Assembly: GCA_044341805.1 (NCBI GenBank)
Contig: JBIIQY010000001.1
Span: forward strand, 25,874-89,873
Reading direction: 5' to 3'
Source of the DNA: Candidatus Planktophila sp.
Lineage (GTDB): Bacteria; Actinomycetota; Actinomycetes; Nanopelagicales; Nanopelagicaceae
DNA: 64,000 nt
Positions 15,964 to 28,428 of this stretch are shown piece by piece (positions within the stretch are counted from its first letter, which is position 1; each line of letters opens with the position of its first letter). The notes under the pieces are model-generated. The model did not search any database. It saw only the letters and a program-made list of their open reading frames with translations, and was not told the DNA's origin. The translations under genes and the position numbers were made by a program.

Positions 15964-16920
15964 CGATATAAGCGCACCCGTTGCATCATTGATTGGCAAT
16001 GGCCCCAGTGCTCCACGAGCTTCTTTGGCTACCTGAACCAATTGCTGACGGGACTGATCTAAAGCTTTGTGATTGCGAAGTGCTACTAAAACTTGCTGCA
16101 CAGTTGCTTCATCTTCAATTGGTGCGCTAAGAAGCCGCTTGAGATCAGCATCTGCAGAATCAGTGGATCTCATTACGTTGAGAGTTACTAATGTTGGAAC
16201 ACCTTCACGTAAATCTGTTCCTGGCGTCTTTCCAGATTGATTTGATTCGCTCGCAATATCAATAACATCGTCGGCTAATTGGAAAGCAACACCTATTTTT
16301 TCGCCAAAGATAGTTACGGTGTCGGTGATTTCTGCAGGTGCTTTAGAGATCATTCCACCGTAACGTGCAGATGCTGCAATCAAGGATCCAGTCTTATCTG
16401 CAACAACCTTTAGATAATGCTCTAGCGGATCTTGACCAGGGTTTGGACCCTGGGTTTCCATGATCTGGCCAATAACTAAACGCTCAAATGTTCGTGCTTG
16501 TAAGCGAACAGCTGCAGGACCAAGATCGGCCAATAGATCTGACGACTTTGCAAAAAGAAAATCTCCGGTCAAAATTGCAATCGTGTTTCCCCAACGCATG
16601 TTGGCACTTTCCACTCCGCGACGAAGTGGCGCTTCATCCATCACATCATCGTGATACAGGGTTGCAAGGTGTGTAATTTCGCAAGCAACCGCAGCGGCAA
16701 TAACGCCTTCAGCGTTCGGATCGCCATATTGCGCAGTTAAAAGGGTTAATAAGGGGCGTAAACGCTTGCCACCAGCTGCCACCAGGTGGTGGGCGGTCTC
16801 ATCAACAAATGGGTATTCGCTACGAGTGTGGCTGCGCAGAAGTGATTCCACTTGGGCCATTTGGCTTACAAGTTGCGTCTCTAACGCTGGCGCAACGTTG
16901 GGAATGCCAAATGTGGACAT
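15931..16920 (-). CDS. Polyprenyl diphosphate synthase (HepT/GrcC-like)
   Basis: GGKRLRP, HDDVMD, RRG, DKTG, FQLADD, GKTPGTDLREG. Confidence 0.95.
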   Translation of the reverse strand: MSTFGIPNVAPALETQLVSQMAQVESLLRSHTRSEYPFVDETAHHLVAAGGKRLRPLLTLLTAQYGDPNAEGVIAAAVACEITHLATLYHDDVMDEAPLRRGVESANMRWGNTIAILTGDFLFAKSSDLLADLGPAAVRLQARTFERLVIGQIMETQGPNPGQDPLEHYLKVVADKTGSLIAASARYGGMISKAPAEITDTVTIFGEKIGVAFQLADDVIDIASESNQSGKTPGTDLREGVPTLVTLNVMRSTDSADADLKRLLSAPIEDEATVQQVLVALRNHKALDQSRQQLVQVAKEARGALGPLPINDATGALISLCDAVIDRSA

Positions 16921-18440
16921 TAGCGAATAAATATAGCTAGGTCGGTAATGAAATCAAGCACTGGCGCTGGGTAAACACCCAATACCAATGTAATTACCGC
17001 CGCGATAACAATTGTTGCACGGGTAAGAATTGATGGAACTTCAACTGCGGTTCCATCTTCAACCGCATCTGTAAAGAACATCAAGACAATAACGCGGATG
17101 TAGAAGAATGCTGCAACCGCACTTGAAAGCACGCCTGTGATAACAACGGCTGTCGCGCCATTTTCATAGGCGGCAGAAAAGATTGAAAACTTTCCGATGA
17201 ATCCGCTGGTAAGTGGAATTCCGGCAAAGGCAAGTAAGAAGAGTGCAAATGCCGAAGCTGCAAATGGTGAACGCTTGCCAAGACCCTTCCAACGATTTAG
17301 ATCTGTAACTTCACCAGATGAATCACGGACTAAAGTAACTACTGCAAATCCACCAACGGTTGCAACGCCGTAAGCAAACAAGTAGAAGATAGTTGCATCT
17401 AGTCCAGCCTTGTTAAGCGCGATAATTCCTGAGAGTAAGAAGCCAGCGTGTGCAATCGATGAATAAGCCAACATTCTTTTTACATCGCGTTGGGAAATTG
17501 CAACAAGTGAACCCAAAATCATGCTGACAATCGCAATGGCTGCAATAACTGGCATCCAAGACCATTCAGCATTTGCAAAAACTGTGTAGTAAATGCGAAG
17601 CATTGCACCGAAAGCTGCAACCTTTGTTGCCGCTGCCATGAAGGCTGTGATCGGAGTTGGTGCACCTTGGTAAACATCAGGTGACCAAGAGTGGAATGGG
17701 ACTGCACCAATCTTGAAGAGCAAACCAATTGATAGAAATGACATACCAATCAGAAGAAGAACATCGTTTCCGGTGCCACCTACTATCGCTGCCTGAATTC
17801 CTGAGAAAGTGATTGAGCCCGAGAAACCATACAAATACGCGGCTCCGAAGAGAAAAAAGGCTGAAGCAAATGAGCCTAGAAGGAAGTACTTGAGCGCTGA
17901 CTCTTGTGATGCCAGGCGACGGCGACGTGAGAGTCCTGCCATCAAGTACAACGGCAAAGACAATACTTCGAGTGCAACAAAGAGCATGATCAAATCAGTT
18001 GCAACCGGGAAAATCATCATTCCTGAAACTGCAAACAATGTAAGTGGGTAGACCTCAGTTACCTGCTTGCCAGCTTGCGCCGCTTCACGCTCTTCAGCAG
18101 AGCCCGGAAGAGCTGCAGCAAGCGGAGTGAAGTGTTCCGTATCTGCGATTAAGAAAATTGAAATGATCGCAATGATCAAAATGGATCCCTGAATCAGAAC
18201 CGCAGCACCATCAAATACCAATGAACCCATCGCAGGAGTCAACGATTCTTCTCCGCGAATTCTCCACAATTGCATCAAAGAAAGGAGCAGTGTTCCCAGT
18301 GAAAGTGTTAACTGAATTGCCGGGCGACGTTCCTTGGATGCAAAAGCTTCAACAAGAACACCAATCAGTGCTCCAGCTAGCAAGATCAAAATAGGTGAAA
18401 GTAATGAGTATGAAAGAACTGGTGTTGTAAATGTTGTCAT
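16920..18440 (-). CDS. nuoN: NADH-quinone oxidoreductase subunit N
   Basis: ESALKYFLLG, FKIGAVPFHSW-PDVYQGAP, KRMLAYSSIAH. Confidence 0.96.
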   Translation of the reverse strand: MTTFTTPVLSYSLLSPILILLAGALIGVLVEAFASKERRPAIQLTLSLGTLLLSLMQLWRIRGEESLTPAMGSLVFDGAAVLIQGSILIIAIISIFLIADTEHFTPLAAALPGSAEEREAAQAGKQVTEVYPLTLFAVSGMMIFPVATDLIMLFVALEVLSLPLYLMAGLSRRRRLASQESALKYFLLGSFASAFFLFGAAYLYGFSGSITFSGIQAAIVGGTGNDVLLLIGMSFLSIGLLFKIGAVPFHSWSPDVYQGAPTPITAFMAAATKVAAFGAMLRIYYTVFANAEWSWMPVIAAIAIVSMILGSLVAISQRDVKRMLAYSSIAHAGFLLSGIIALNKAGLDATIFYLFAYGVATVGGFAVVTLVRDSSGEVTDLNRWKGLGKRSPFAASAFALFLLAFAGIPLTSGFIGKFSIFSAAYENGATAVVITGVLSSAVAAFFYIRVIVLMFFTDAVEDGTAVEVPSILTRATIVIAAVITLVLGVYPAPVLDFITDLAIFIR

Positions 18441-19948
18441 TACTTGCCCCCATTGGTTGGTGCAGGATCAGTGAAACCCATTTGCGAGACCACGTGTTTA
18501 GCCGCCGGATTGATTACATTCAACAACGGTGACGGGTAGAAGCCCAAGACCACGATGATTGCAATAACTGGAGCGATTACAACCTTTTCACGAAGGTTGA
18601 GATCCTTAAGATTTTCATTGCCTGGTGTTGTTGGACCATGCAGCGCTTTTTGAACTGGAATCAAAATGTAGAGCGCAGCTAAAACAATTCCGAAGGTTGC
18701 GATGATTGCATGCACTGGGTAACGAGTGAATGTTCCAACTAGAACTAAGAACTCGCTTACGAAGCTTGAAAGCCCTGGCAAGGCCAGTGATGACAAACCT
18801 GCAATAAAGAAGCTCCACGCCATAATTGGAGTAACTCTTTGTAAACCACCAAAGTCTGCAATTGTTGAAGATCCGCGACGTGCAATCATCCAGCCAGCCA
18901 CTACGAATAGCGCTGCAGTAGAGAAACCATGGTTAAACATGTACAAAATCGCGCCACTTTGGGCTTGGCTTGTCATGGCAAAGATACCCATGGTGATGAA
19001 ACCAAAGTGAGAGATAGATGTATATGCGATCAGACGCTTAATGTCTTTTGCACCAATTGCTAAAAAGGCACCATAAACAATCGAAATAACCGCAAGGATC
19101 ATAATCAAAGGTGTGAAAGTCTTACTTGCATCTGGGAACAAAGTTAGGCAATAACGGATCATTCCGAAAGTACCAACCTTGTCCAGAACACCTAGCAGTA
19201 GCACTGATGTACCCGGAGTTGCTGACTTTGCAGCATCTGGCAACCAGGTATGGAAAGGCCACAGTGGAGCCTTGATCGCAAAGGCAATAAAGAATCCAAG
19301 GAACAACAAGTTCTGAGTTGTTGAACTCATTTCAAGCTGTGCCAGCTTGTCGATATCGAAAGTATGTCCACCTTGTGCACCTGACATCACATACAACGCA
19401 ATGATTGATGCCAGCATCATTAATCCACCAAACAATGAGTACAGCAAGAACTTAACCGCAGCTGCTGCGCGCTCCCCTGTTCCGTATCCACCAATAAGGA
19501 AGTACACCGGAATCAACATTGCTTCAAAGATTACGTAAAACAGGAATAAGTCTGTCGCGGCAAATACACCGATCATCATTGTCTCTAGAACAAGAATAAG
19601 GATGTAAAAAGTCTTAACGCTCCAACGGCCGCCATGTGCTTCATCCCAACCAGCAAGAACAACAATCGGAGCAAGAATCACTGACATCAAAATCAAGACA
19701 AGTGCAATTGCATCTACACCTAATGAGAAGTTGATTCCAAAGCTTGGGATCCATGCGTAATTTTCAACAAACTGCAGCTCCACGTTGTCACGTTGGAAGC
19801 CAACCGCCATTGCGATGGTGACAGCCATTACGACAAGCGTCGTACCAAGCGCAGCTTGCTTAGCCGCTTTTTCATTGCTCTTTGGCAGTGCAGAAATAAT
19901 TGCAGCACCGGCTAGAGGTAGCAGCATTAATAGTGATAACCACTTCAT
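18440..19948 (-). CDS. nuoM: NADH-quinone oxidoreductase subunit M
   Basis: IKAPLWPFHTWLPDA, KRLIAYTSISH; start taken at ATG 19948 just after the nuoL stop. Confidence 0.96.
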   Translation of the reverse strand: MKWLSLLMLLPLAGAAIISALPKSNEKAAKQAALGTTLVVMAVTIAMAVGFQRDNVELQFVENYAWIPSFGINFSLGVDAIALVLILMSVILAPIVVLAGWDEAHGGRWSVKTFYILILVLETMMIGVFAATDLFLFYVIFEAMLIPVYFLIGGYGTGERAAAAVKFLLYSLFGGLMMLASIIALYVMSGAQGGHTFDIDKLAQLEMSSTTQNLLFLGFFIAFAIKAPLWPFHTWLPDAAKSATPGTSVLLLGVLDKVGTFGMIRYCLTLFPDASKTFTPLIMILAVISIVYGAFLAIGAKDIKRLIAYTSISHFGFITMGIFAMTSQAQSGAILYMFNHGFSTAALFVVAGWMIARRGSSTIADFGGLQRVTPIMAWSFFIAGLSSLALPGLSSFVSEFLVLVGTFTRYPVHAIIATFGIVLAALYILIPVQKALHGPTTPGNENLKDLNLREKVVIAPVIAIIVVLGFYPSPLLNVINPAAKHVVSQMGFTDPAPTNGGK

Positions 19949-19950
19949 GA

Positions 19951-21840
19951 CTAAACCACCACCCAAATAGCTGCAATGAGCGCAATTGCGCCCACCAAAA
20001 TCATTGCTGCATAGCTTCGAACATATCCATTTTGTAGGCCTCGTAGCGCTGATCCTGAACCCATAGCTACCTGTCCAACACCACGAACTGCGCCATCAAC
20101 AACTACTTCATCGGCTGCAACCAAGGTTGCAGTTAATCCCTGGCCTGGACGCATGAATACCGCTTCATTGAATCGATCTTGCATCAAATCTTGACGTGCA
20201 ACTTTTGTAAAGATTGAGACATCTTCTGGGGCCACTGCTGGAACATCTTGACGTGCATACTTGAAGTAAGCAATTGCAACGCCGATGGAAACCATAGTTA
20301 AGGCAAGTGCAGAAACCACAATTGGTTCTAGCAAGTGCTTTTGGTACTCATCGCTGTGATTAAACAACGGGTGTAACCAGTTTTCTAACGCATCGCCACG
20401 ATGAAGTAGATATCCCGATGAAACTGAACCAATTGCAAGAATTGCCATTGGAAGCCACATCAACCATGGGGATTCGTGTGGGTGGGCATCTTCATCCCAG
20501 CGCTTTGTTCCGGTAAAGGTAAGGATCATTACGCGGGTCATGTAGAAAGCAGTTATTGCTGCACCAATCAAAGTTGTTATACCAAGAATAATTCCCTTGG
20601 CACCGCCTGCATCAAATGCAGTTTCAATGATCATGTCCTTTGAATAGAAACCAGCAAATGGTGGAACACCTAAAATTGCAAGATAGCCAAGACCAAAGGT
20701 TATAAATGTGATTGGCATGAACTTACGAAGTGCTCCGTACTTGCGCATGTTTACTTCATCATTCATTCCATGCATTACAGAACCAGCACCCAAGAACATG
20801 CCTGCCTTAAAGAAACCGTGAGTGAGTAAGTGCATGATTGCAAATGCGTAACCAACTGGACCTAATCCTGCAGCAAGCGTCATGTAACCAATCTGTGACA
20901 TCGTTGAAGCTGCAAGGGCTTTCTTGATGTCATCTTTAGCGGTACCGATTACAGCACCAAACATCAAGGTAATTGCGCCAACGATTACAACCAATAGTTG
21001 CGCAGTTGGTGCTGCATCAAATACAAAGTTTGATCGAGTAATTAAGTACACGCCTGCGGTAACCATTGTTGCGGCGTGAATAAGTGCTGAAACTGGGGTT
21101 GGGCCGGCCATCGCATCGCCAAGCCAGGCCTGCAGAGGGAACTGCGCAGACTTTCCTGCGGCTGCAACAAGAAGCATGATTCCCATACCGGTCAGCGCTG
21201 CTTCTGATGTGTTGTTTACCTGCTCTTGAACACCGGCAAATGAAACAGTTCCCATAGTTGCAAAAGCGATCATGATCGCAAAGGACAATCCCATATCACC
21301 AACACGGTTCATTACAAAAGCTTTTTTAGAAGCGGTTGCATATGCAGGCTTTTGATTCCAGAAACCAATAAGTAGGTAAGAAGCCAGACCTACGCCTTCC
21401 CAACCAACATAAAGACTGAGGTAGCTATCGCCAAGTACTAGAACCAACATCGCTACAATAAAGAGGTTTAAGTAGGCAAAGAATCGGCGACGATCTTTGT
21501 CTTCAGACATATAAGAGATCGAATAAATGTGAATCAAAGTTCCAACACCAGTAATCAGAAGCACGAAGCAGATCGAAAGCTGATCAAGCAATAAACCTGC
21601 ATCAACTTTGAAATCACCTACGTTGATCCACTCAAAAAGCTTTTGTGAAATTGGGCGCTGCTCCGTTGGGCGATCGAGCATCAACATTAATTGATACAGG
21701 CCGACACCAAATGCCGAAGCTGACATCGCAGTTCCAAGTAGATGTCCCCACTTGTCAGTGCGACGTCCACCCAGCAGAAGAATTGCTGCACCAGCCAGTG
21801 GCAGTGCAATCAAATAAACCAATGAAGTTGAGGTAGTCAT
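19951..21840 (-). CDS. nuoL: NADH-quinone oxidoreductase subunit L
   Basis: [38 protein letters not shown]. Confidence 0.97.
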   Translation of the reverse strand: MTTSTSLVYLIALPLAGAAILLLGGRRTDKWGHLLGTAMSASAFGVGLYQLMLMLDRPTEQRPISQKLFEWINVGDFKVDAGLLLDQLSICFVLLITGVGTLIHIYSISYMSEDKDRRRFFAYLNLFIVAMLVLVLGDSYLSLYVGWEGVGLASYLLIGFWNQKPAYATASKKAFVMNRVGDMGLSFAIMIAFATMGTVSFAGVQEQVNNTSEAALTGMGIMLLVAAAGKSAQFPLQAWLGDAMAGPTPVSALIHAATMVTAGVYLITRSNFVFDAAPTAQLLVVIVGAITLMFGAVIGTAKDDIKKALAASTMSQIGYMTLAAGLGPVGYAFAIMHLLTHGFFKAGMFLGAGSVMHGMNDEVNMRKYGALRKFMPITFITFGLGYLAILGVPPFAGFYSKDMIIETAFDAGGAKGIILGITTLIGAAITAFYMTRVMILTFTGTKRWDEDAHPHESPWLMWLPMAILAIGSVSSGYLLHRGDALENWLHPLFNHSDEYQKHLLEPIVVSALALTMVSIGVAIAYFKYARQDVPAVAPEDVSIFTKVARQDLMQDRFNEAVFMRPGQGLTATLVAADEVVVDGAVRGVGQVAMGSGSALRGLQNGYVRSYAAMILVGAIALIAAIWVVV

Positions 21841-21842
21841 TG

Positions 21843-22142
21843 TTATCGCTTCAACAAACTAGCATCATCGACAGATGCTGATCGGCGTGAACGATAAATC
21901 GTCACAATAATTGCAAGGCCTACTACTACTTCGCAGGCAGCAACAACCATCGTAAAGAAAGCCATAACTTGACCATCTAGATTGCCGTTGATGCGTGAAA
22001 AAGTTACAAATGAAAGGTTTGCGGCGTTGAGCATCAGCTCAATGCACATGAAAACAACGATTGCGTTGCGGCGAACAACTACGCCAACGGCTCCGATAGT
22101 AAAGAGGAGCGCTGAAATATAGAGGTAATTGGAGGCGTCCAT
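21843..22142 (-). CDS. nuoK: NADH-quinone oxidoreductase subunit K
   Basis: [28 protein letters not shown]. Confidence 0.96.
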   Translation of the reverse strand: MDASNYLYISALLFTIGAVGVVVRRNAIVVFMCIELMLNAANLSFVTFSRINGNLDGQVMAFFTMVVAACEVVVGLAIIVTIYRSRRSASVDDASLLKR

Positions 22143-22933
22143 TATTTCTCCTCCTCAATCTGAGTATTTACTTCAGCAAGGTCAAAGCTCTTGTAATCCA
22201 ACATATCTCCGCGAGCTTCAAGGCTGGCGTTAACCGATGTTGGTGCAGGCGTTCCATCTGGAAGAAGAGCTGGAACATCTACTGCGTTATGGCGAGCATA
22301 AACTCCAGGACCAGGAAGTCCGGCTGCGCTGCCTAATGACTTACCGCGGAAACGGTTAATTGAAAGTTGGCGCTGAGTTGGTCGAGCGGTTGTGCGCTGA
22401 CTGTGTGCAAGGATCATCGCACCCATTGCCGCAGTGATCAATAATGCAGAAACAACTTCAAATGGGAAAACGTAAGTTGAGAATAATTTAAATGCAATGC
22501 CTTCGACATTTCCATTTGCATTTGCTGCAGATAAACCAACCGCGTCGCGACCCAAAGTTGCGCGTCCCAATAGTGCAACCATTAATCCACCGAAGCCAAC
22601 AGCAGCTGTAATGGCAATTGGTCGAAGTCCTGCAATAGTTTCAGTTAATGAATCGGATGTATCAACACCGACCAACATCAAGATAAAGAGGAAGAGCATC
22701 ATTACTGCTCCGGTGTAAACAACTACTTGGACAATTCCAAGGAAAACTGCATCTTGTGCGATGTAGAAGATTGCCAAAACAACCATTACAAATGCCATCA
22801 AGATTGCCGAATGAACTGCTTTCTTAACGAGCAACATTCCAAGAGCTGCAATAACAGCCATTGGTCCAAGGATCCAAAACATAACCGCTTCAGGTTTAGC
22901 TGTTTGGCCAACCTCTAGTGCTAACTGCATCAT
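22142..22933 (-). CDS. nuoJ: NADH-quinone oxidoreductase subunit J
   Basis: [26 protein letters not shown]. Confidence 0.95.
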   Translation of the reverse strand: MMQLALEVGQTAKPEAVMFWILGPMAVIAALGMLLVKKAVHSAILMAFVMVVLAIFYIAQDAVFLGIVQVVVYTGAVMMLFLFILMLVGVDTSDSLTETIAGLRPIAITAAVGFGGLMVALLGRATLGRDAVGLSAANANGNVEGIAFKLFSTYVFPFEVVSALLITAAMGAMILAHSQRTTARPTQRQLSINRFRGKSLGSAAGLPGPGVYARHNAVDVPALLPDGTPAPTSVNASLEARGDMLDYKSFDLAEVNTQIEEEK

Positions 22934-23559
22934 GACTGAATATCCCCCGGGTTTTTAGCCTGTGATGGATGTGCACCTTTCACATCACCGTTGTAATAGT
23001 TGGTATCTGTCATATCTGGATACATTGGATGAGGTGGCATAAGCATTCCCTGGCGCAATGGAGCCAACAGATCCTGCTTTTCAAAGATCAACTTTGCACG
23101 AGAATCATCGGCAAGTTCGTACTCATTTGTCATTGTCAATGCACGCGTTGGGCAAGCTTCAATACACAATCCGCAGAAAACACAACGAAGGTAGTTGATT
23201 TGATACACCTTGCCGTAACGCTCACCTGGAGACATACGATTTTCTTCGGTGTTGCTTTCACCTTCAACATAAATCGCATCTGCTGGACATGCCCATGCAC
23301 AGAGTTCGCAACCGATGCACTTTTCTAATCCATCTGGATGGCGATTAAGTTGGTGACGACCATGGAAGCGGTCTTCAGTTGGAGCTTTAACTTCTGGATA
23401 CTCAACCGTCAAAGGCTTCTTGAAGATTGTTGAGAAGGTAACCCAAAACCCCTTCATTGCACCAAGGAAGCCCACCGGAGGTGTTTGCTCTACTTCATAA
23501 AATTCAACATCGTTAATACCAAGATCCTTTGGCTTTAACGGTTCGAGGTTTTCAGCCAC
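22930..23559 (-). CDS. nuoI: NADH-quinone oxidoreductase subunit I
   Basis: [12 protein letters not shown] and [12 protein letters not shown] clusters; GTG start at 23559 with AGGGGG RBS. Confidence 0.95.
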   Translation of the reverse strand: MAENLEPLKPKDLGINDVEFYEVEQTPPVGFLGAMKGFWVTFSTIFKKPLTVEYPEVKAPTEDRFHGRHQLNRHPDGLEKCIGCELCAWACPADAIYVEGESNTEENRMSPGERYGKVYQINYLRCVFCGLCIEACPTRALTMTNEYELADDSRAKLIFEKQDLLAPLRQGMLMPPHPMYPDMTDTNYYNGDVKGAHPSQAKNPGDIQS

Positions 23560-24802
23560 GGTCGCCCCCTGTGCTCTTTGAGACATTAATAGTTGAAACC
23601 TCCATAGGTAATGAAGGAACAGCAAAGGATGGTGCTTCTTTGTTGTCGCCATCCGGGACAGCAGCTTCCTTTTTCTTCTTTGAGTTTTCGAAACCAATAT
23701 TGACCGCCATGATCAGAACCACGACGGTGCTTGCAAACGCGATTACCACTGAACGTGGAGCTCCTTGTAGTGAAAGAACACGCAAAGTTGCAACGACCAA
23801 GATCCAAAGAATTGAGACTGGAATCAAAACTTTCCAACCAAACTGCATGAACTGGTCGTAACGAAGACGTGGCAAAGTTCCACGAAGCCACACGAATACG
23901 AAGAAGAAGGTAATTACCTTGGCGAAGAACCACACTGCGGTAAACCAGCCACCCAGCCAAGCTTCAGTGAAACCAAGCCCTGGAGGCGCTTTGTAGCCAC
24001 CCAAGAACAAGGTGGTTGCAAGGGCAGATACCGCAACAATGTTGATGTATTCAGCGAGGAAGAAGAGTGCGAACTTAAGTGATGAGTATTCAGTGTGGAA
24101 ACCACCAACTAGTTCACCTTCGGCTTCTGCAAGGTCAAAAGGTGCTCGGTTAGTTTCACCAACCATTGAAATCGCATAGATCGCAAATGATGGGAAGAGC
24201 ACAACTGCATACCACCAAGAAGATTGTGCAGCTACGATCTCTGATGTTGACATCGAACCTGCGTAGATAAAGACGGCAACAAGTGAAAGTCCCATAGCAA
24301 TTTCATATGAAATAACTTGGGCGCTTGAACGTAAACCACCAAGCAATGGATAGGTAGAACCAGAAGACCATCCCGCTAAAACAATTCCGTAAACACCAAC
24401 TGATGCAACCGCCAAAATGTAAAGAACTCCGACCGGCAAATCAGTTAGCTGCATTGCAGTCTGCTTGCCAAACAAAGTAACTTCGCCAGTAATTGGAATT
24501 ACTGCAAATGCCATGAATGCTGTTGTTGCGCTGATGATTGGAGCAATGACGAAAACAATTTTGTCCGCTGCGGTAGGAATGATGTCTTCCTTAAGTGCAA
24601 GCTTTACTCCATCAGCTAAAGATTGAATCAAACCAAATGGTCCTACACGGTTAGGTCCTGGGCGTTGTTGCATGCGACCTACAAGACGTCGCTCGCCCCA
24701 AACTGCCAACAATGTCAGTACTACGCACCCTGCAAAAACCAGTAGTGCTTTGACGAGAATGAGCCAGCCTGGATCTGCTGCAATTAGCTGTGCATTTGTC
24801 AT
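23552..24802 (-). CDS. nuoH: NADH-quinone oxidoreductase subunit H
   Basis: [34 protein letters not shown]. Confidence 0.97.
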   Translation of the reverse strand: MTNAQLIAADPGWLILVKALLVFAGCVVLTLLAVWGERRLVGRMQQRPGPNRVGPFGLIQSLADGVKLALKEDIIPTAADKIVFVIAPIISATTAFMAFAVIPITGEVTLFGKQTAMQLTDLPVGVLYILAVASVGVYGIVLAGWSSGSTYPLLGGLRSSAQVISYEIAMGLSLVAVFIYAGSMSTSEIVAAQSSWWYAVVLFPSFAIYAISMVGETNRAPFDLAEAEGELVGGFHTEYSSLKFALFFLAEYINIVAVSALATTLFLGGYKAPPGLGFTEAWLGGWFTAVWFFAKVITFFFVFVWLRGTLPRLRYDQFMQFGWKVLIPVSILWILVVATLRVLSLQGAPRSVVIAFASTVVVLIMAVNIGFENSKKKKEAAVPDGDNKEAPSFAVPSLPMEVSTINVSKSTGGDRG

Positions 24803-27147
24803 GCTTTCACCACCGTAACTACTGCGCCATGTGCGACGCCTAGGTTTGCCAACAATTGAGAACCGCGTGAGTTACGAGGAGCCCAGACCGCATCATCATG
24901 AATGTTTTCGACCAGCGCTGAAAGCGTTACTGAGCCTTGAGTTGTTGAAATCTTTAATTGATCGCCATCAACTACACCCATTGCTTGAGCGCGCTTTGGC
25001 GAGATAACAGCAACGGTTCTGCGAGCCGTACCAGCAAGGTGTTCTTCACCCTCTTGCAAAGTTCCAAGATCTAGCAGACGGCGCCAAGAAGTAATCAACG
25101 CTTGATCATTGTTAAGCGATGGCTGTGTTTGCGGTGCAACTTTATTGAAGTTTGCACGAGCACCATCCCAAGTACCAAGAGAGGCAATCTCTTTAGCCGC
25201 TGCAGTTACTGTTCCAAGATTTAAAGAGATGCCCATTTCTTCGGCGATCATTGAAAGAATTCGCAAATCGCTGCGGTTAAGTGATTCGGCAACTGCTGCA
25301 TCAAATGAACGTGGGCGACCTTCCCAGTTAAGGAACGAGCCAGACTTTTCAGTAACTGCTGCAACTGGCAAAACAACATTTGCACGAGCAGTCACTTCAC
25401 TTGGTGCAATTTCAAGAGAAACCACAAATGCTTTTTCAAGAGCTAAAAGTGCGGCTTGGCTGTTTTCGCCATCCAGTGGATCGACTCCACCAACTAATAG
25501 CGCACCGATCTGGCCTGCATTTACTGCATCAATAATTTGATGTGTTGAACGGCCAATTTCGGAAGGAATCGATTCGGTATTCCAAGCAGCTGCGATATCA
25601 ACTCGTGCTGCTGCATCAGTTACTGGACGACCACCAGGCAACAGATTTCCAATTGCGCCAGCTTCGATCGCACCGCGCTCACCTGCACGACGTGGAATCC
25701 AAGCAAGTTTTGCACCTGTTGAATCTGCAAGGGTGGCGACTGCACTAAGTGCTCCCGCGCTTTCGGCAGCACGTTCACCAACCAGAATCACTGACTTATC
25801 AGTCAGTTTTTGCCCAGCAATTGCTGCTGCTTCTTGTCCAGGAGCAACCTTTACAAACTCAGCCTTCAGCTTGTCAACTGCAATAGATTTCTTTGAACCG
25901 ATTGAAATAACTTTCAAAGCACGCTTGCGGAACTGCTTATTGATGCGCAAGAAAACAATTGGTGACTCTTCTTCTGGTTCAAAGCCGACTAGTAGAACCT
26001 GATCGGCCTTATCGATGTCTCGGTAAGTTGTAGTTGAACCAACAACGCGTGATGCAATGAATTCACGTTCTTCATCAGATGAAACACGTGAACGGAAATC
26101 AATGTCATTTGTACCAAGCGCAACGCGTGCAAACTTGCTGTAACCATATGCATCTTCATGAGTTGCACGACCACCAACAAGGACTGCCGCCTTTGCCGAC
26201 TTAAGTCCTTCAGCAGCAACGGCTAGCGCTTCTGGCCATGATGCTTCAACGAGTTCACCTGAAGCGTTACGAATCATTGGATTCTTAAGACGATCAACTG
26301 CGGTTACATACTTAAATGCCCAACGGCCCTTATCGCAGTTCCACTCTTCGTTAACTGATGCATCTTCTCCAGCTAAACGACGCAAAGTCTTTCCGCGACG
26401 AACATCGGTACGCATATCGCAACCAGATGCACAGTGCTCACACGCTGATGGTGTTGACACTAAATCAAATGGACGTGCACGGAAACGGTAAGCGGCACCT
26501 GTTAGTGCACCTACTGGACAGATCTGAACTGTGTTTCCAGAAAAGTATGACTCGAATGGTTGGTTCTCGTAGATACCAACTTGTTGCAATGCACCACGCT
26601 CATTCAAGGTAATGAATGGATCGCTAGCAATCTGCTCAGAAAAACGAGTACAACGTGCACAAAGAACGCAACGTTCGCGATCAAGAAGCACCTGTGAAGA
26701 AATATTGATTGGCTTTTCAAATGTGCGCTTAACGCCTTCAAAACGTGACGCACCTTGTCCATTGCTCATTGCTTGGTTCTGCAGTGGGCACTCGCCACCC
26801 TTGTCGCATACTGGGCAATCAAGTGGGTGGTTTACAAGCAAAAGCTCCATAACTCCACGCTGTGCTTTTTCAGCGACAGGTGAGGTTAATTGCGTCTTTA
26901 CGATCATTCCTGTTTCAACAGGAATTGTGCAAGAGGCTTGTGGCTTTGGAAAAGCGCGACCATTAATTTCGATATCAACTAAACACTGACGACATGCACC
27001 AACTGGATCAAGCAGCGGGTGATCGCAAAAACGTGGAATCTGAATACCAAGTTGTTCTGCAGCACGAATTACAAGTGTTCCCTTCGGAACAGTAACTTCG
27101 AAACCGTCGATTACGACAGTGATCATCTCTGAAACTTCAGTACTCAC
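24799..27147 (-). CDS. nuoG: NADH-quinone oxidoreductase subunit G
   Basis: [46 protein letters not shown]. Confidence 0.97.
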   Translation of the reverse strand: MSTEVSEMITVVIDGFEVTVPKGTLVIRAAEQLGIQIPRFCDHPLLDPVGACRQCLVDIEINGRAFPKPQASCTIPVETGMIVKTQLTSPVAEKAQRGVMELLLVNHPLDCPVCDKGGECPLQNQAMSNGQGASRFEGVKRTFEKPINISSQVLLDRERCVLCARCTRFSEQIASDPFITLNERGALQQVGIYENQPFESYFSGNTVQICPVGALTGAAYRFRARPFDLVSTPSACEHCASGCDMRTDVRRGKTLRRLAGEDASVNEEWNCDKGRWAFKYVTAVDRLKNPMIRNASGELVEASWPEALAVAAEGLKSAKAAVLVGGRATHEDAYGYSKFARVALGTNDIDFRSRVSSDEEREFIASRVVGSTTTYRDIDKADQVLLVGFEPEEESPIVFLRINKQFRKRALKVISIGSKKSIAVDKLKAEFVKVAPGQEAAAIAGQKLTDKSVILVGERAAESAGALSAVATLADSTGAKLAWIPRRAGERGAIEAGAIGNLLPGGRPVTDAAARVDIAAAWNTESIPSEIGRSTHQIIDAVNAGQIGALLVGGVDPLDGENSQAALLALEKAFVVSLEIAPSEVTARANVVLPVAAVTEKSGSFLNWEGRPRSFDAAVAESLNRSDLRILSMIAEEMGISLNLGTVTAAAKEIASLGTWDGARANFNKVAPQTQPSLNNDQALITSWRRLLDLGTLQEGEEHLAGTARRTVAVISPKRAQAMGVVDGDQLKISTTQGSVTLSALVENIHDDAVWAPRNSRGSQLLANLGVAHGAVVTVVKA

Positions 27148-28428
27148 TTATGCACCAGCCCCAACAAATAGTGTTGATGCAACTGGATCAAATGGGCATG
27201 AACCATTTGTTACGTGTGCAATGTATTCGTCACGGAAATACTTAATTGAAGATGTGATTGGGCTAGTTGCACCATCACCAAGAGCGCAGAACGAACGGCC
27301 CATGATGTTGTCGCAAAGATCAAGTAACTTGGCAAGATCTGCTTCTGTTCCCTTACCTTCTTCAAGATCACGAAGAATCTGTACCAACCACCAAGTACCT
27401 TCACGGCAAGGTGTGCACTTTCCACATGATTCGTGCTTGTAGAACTCGGTCCAGCGAAGAACTGCACGCACGACGCAAGTTGTTTCATCAAAGATTTGAA
27501 GAGCTTTAGTTCCAAGCATCGAACCAGCCGCAGCAACACCTTCGTAATCCAGTGGAACATCAAGGTGTGCATCTGTAAACAACGGAGTTGATGATCCGCC
27601 TGGTGTCCAGAACTTCAACTTGTGTCCCGGGCGAACTCCGCCTGCAAGATCCAAAATTTCACGAAGTGTGATTCCTAATGGTGCTTCAAACTGTCCTGGG
27701 TTAACAACATGTCCTGACAATGAATACAAGGTTGTTCCCTTGCTCTTTTCAGTTCCCATTGATTGGTACCACTCGGCACCATTCATAACAATTGCTGGAA
27801 CAGAAGCAATGGATTCGACATTGTTCACAACTGTTGGGCGGGCATAAAGTCCAGCAATAGCTGGGAAAGGTGGGCGCAAACGTGGCTGTCCGCGGAAGCC
27901 TTCTAGTGAATCAAGAAGAGCGGTTTCTTCACCACAAATGTAAGCGCCTGCTCCAACGTGCAAAACAACATCGATTCCATTTCCAAGAATTCCTGCTGCG
28001 TACGCATCAGCGATTGCTTGGTTTACTCGGCGTGCAACGTGTGTGATTTCACCGCGGATATAAATAAATGCATGCTTTGCACGAATTGCGTGACACGCGA
28101 TGATGCAACCTTCGATAAGAACATGCGGATTCGCCATCAGCAATGGAGTGTCTTTGCAGGTTCCTGGCTCTGACTCATCAGCGTTAACAACTAAGTAGTG
28201 ATCCTTGTTATCGCCTTGTGGAATAAATCCCCACTTCATGCCTGTTGGGAAACCTGCACCACCACGACCGCGAAGTCCTGAATCCTTAACAAGTTGAATA
28301 ACTGCATCTGGATCCATTGTTAAAGCTTTTTCAGCAGCCTTGTAACCACCATGACGCTTGTAACCTTCTAGGGTAAAGGAATCCTTTTCATCCCAGTGCG
28401 CAGATAAAACTGGAGCTAGCTTTGTCAT
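27148..28428 (-). CDS. nuoF: NADH-quinone oxidoreductase subunit F
   Basis: GLRGRGGAGFP, NADESEPG, GAYICGEETAL, ESCGKCTPCREG. Confidence 0.97.
   Translation of the reverse strand: MTKLAPVLSAHWDEKDSFTLEGYKRHGGYKAAEKALTMDPDAVIQLVKDSGLRGRGGAGFPTGMKWGFIPQGDNKDHYLVVNADESEPGTCKDTPLLMANPHVLIEGCIIACHAIRAKHAFIYIRGEITHVARRVNQAIADAYAAGILGNGIDVVLHVGAGAYICGEETALLDSLEGFRGQPRLRPPFPAIAGLYARPTVVNNVESIASVPAIVMNGAEWYQSMGTEKSKGTTLYSLSGHVVNPGQFEAPLGITLREILDLAGGVRPGHKLKFWTPGGSSTPLFTDAHLDVPLDYEGVAAAGSMLGTKALQIFDETTCVVRAVLRWTEFYKHESCGKCTPCREGTWWLVQILRDLEEGKGTEADLAKLLDLCDNIMGRSFCALGDGATSPITSSIKYFRDEYIAHVTNGSCPFDPVASTLFVGAGA

Noticed and set aside
23560-23697. N-terminal extensions in the ORF track for nuoI (also glpX, nuoM, nuoA, menG, menD, menA, histidine phosphatase, Rv0495c-like)
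   Set aside because: They overlap neighbouring genes or promoters; downstream starts have an RBS, stop-start coupling or a leaderless -10
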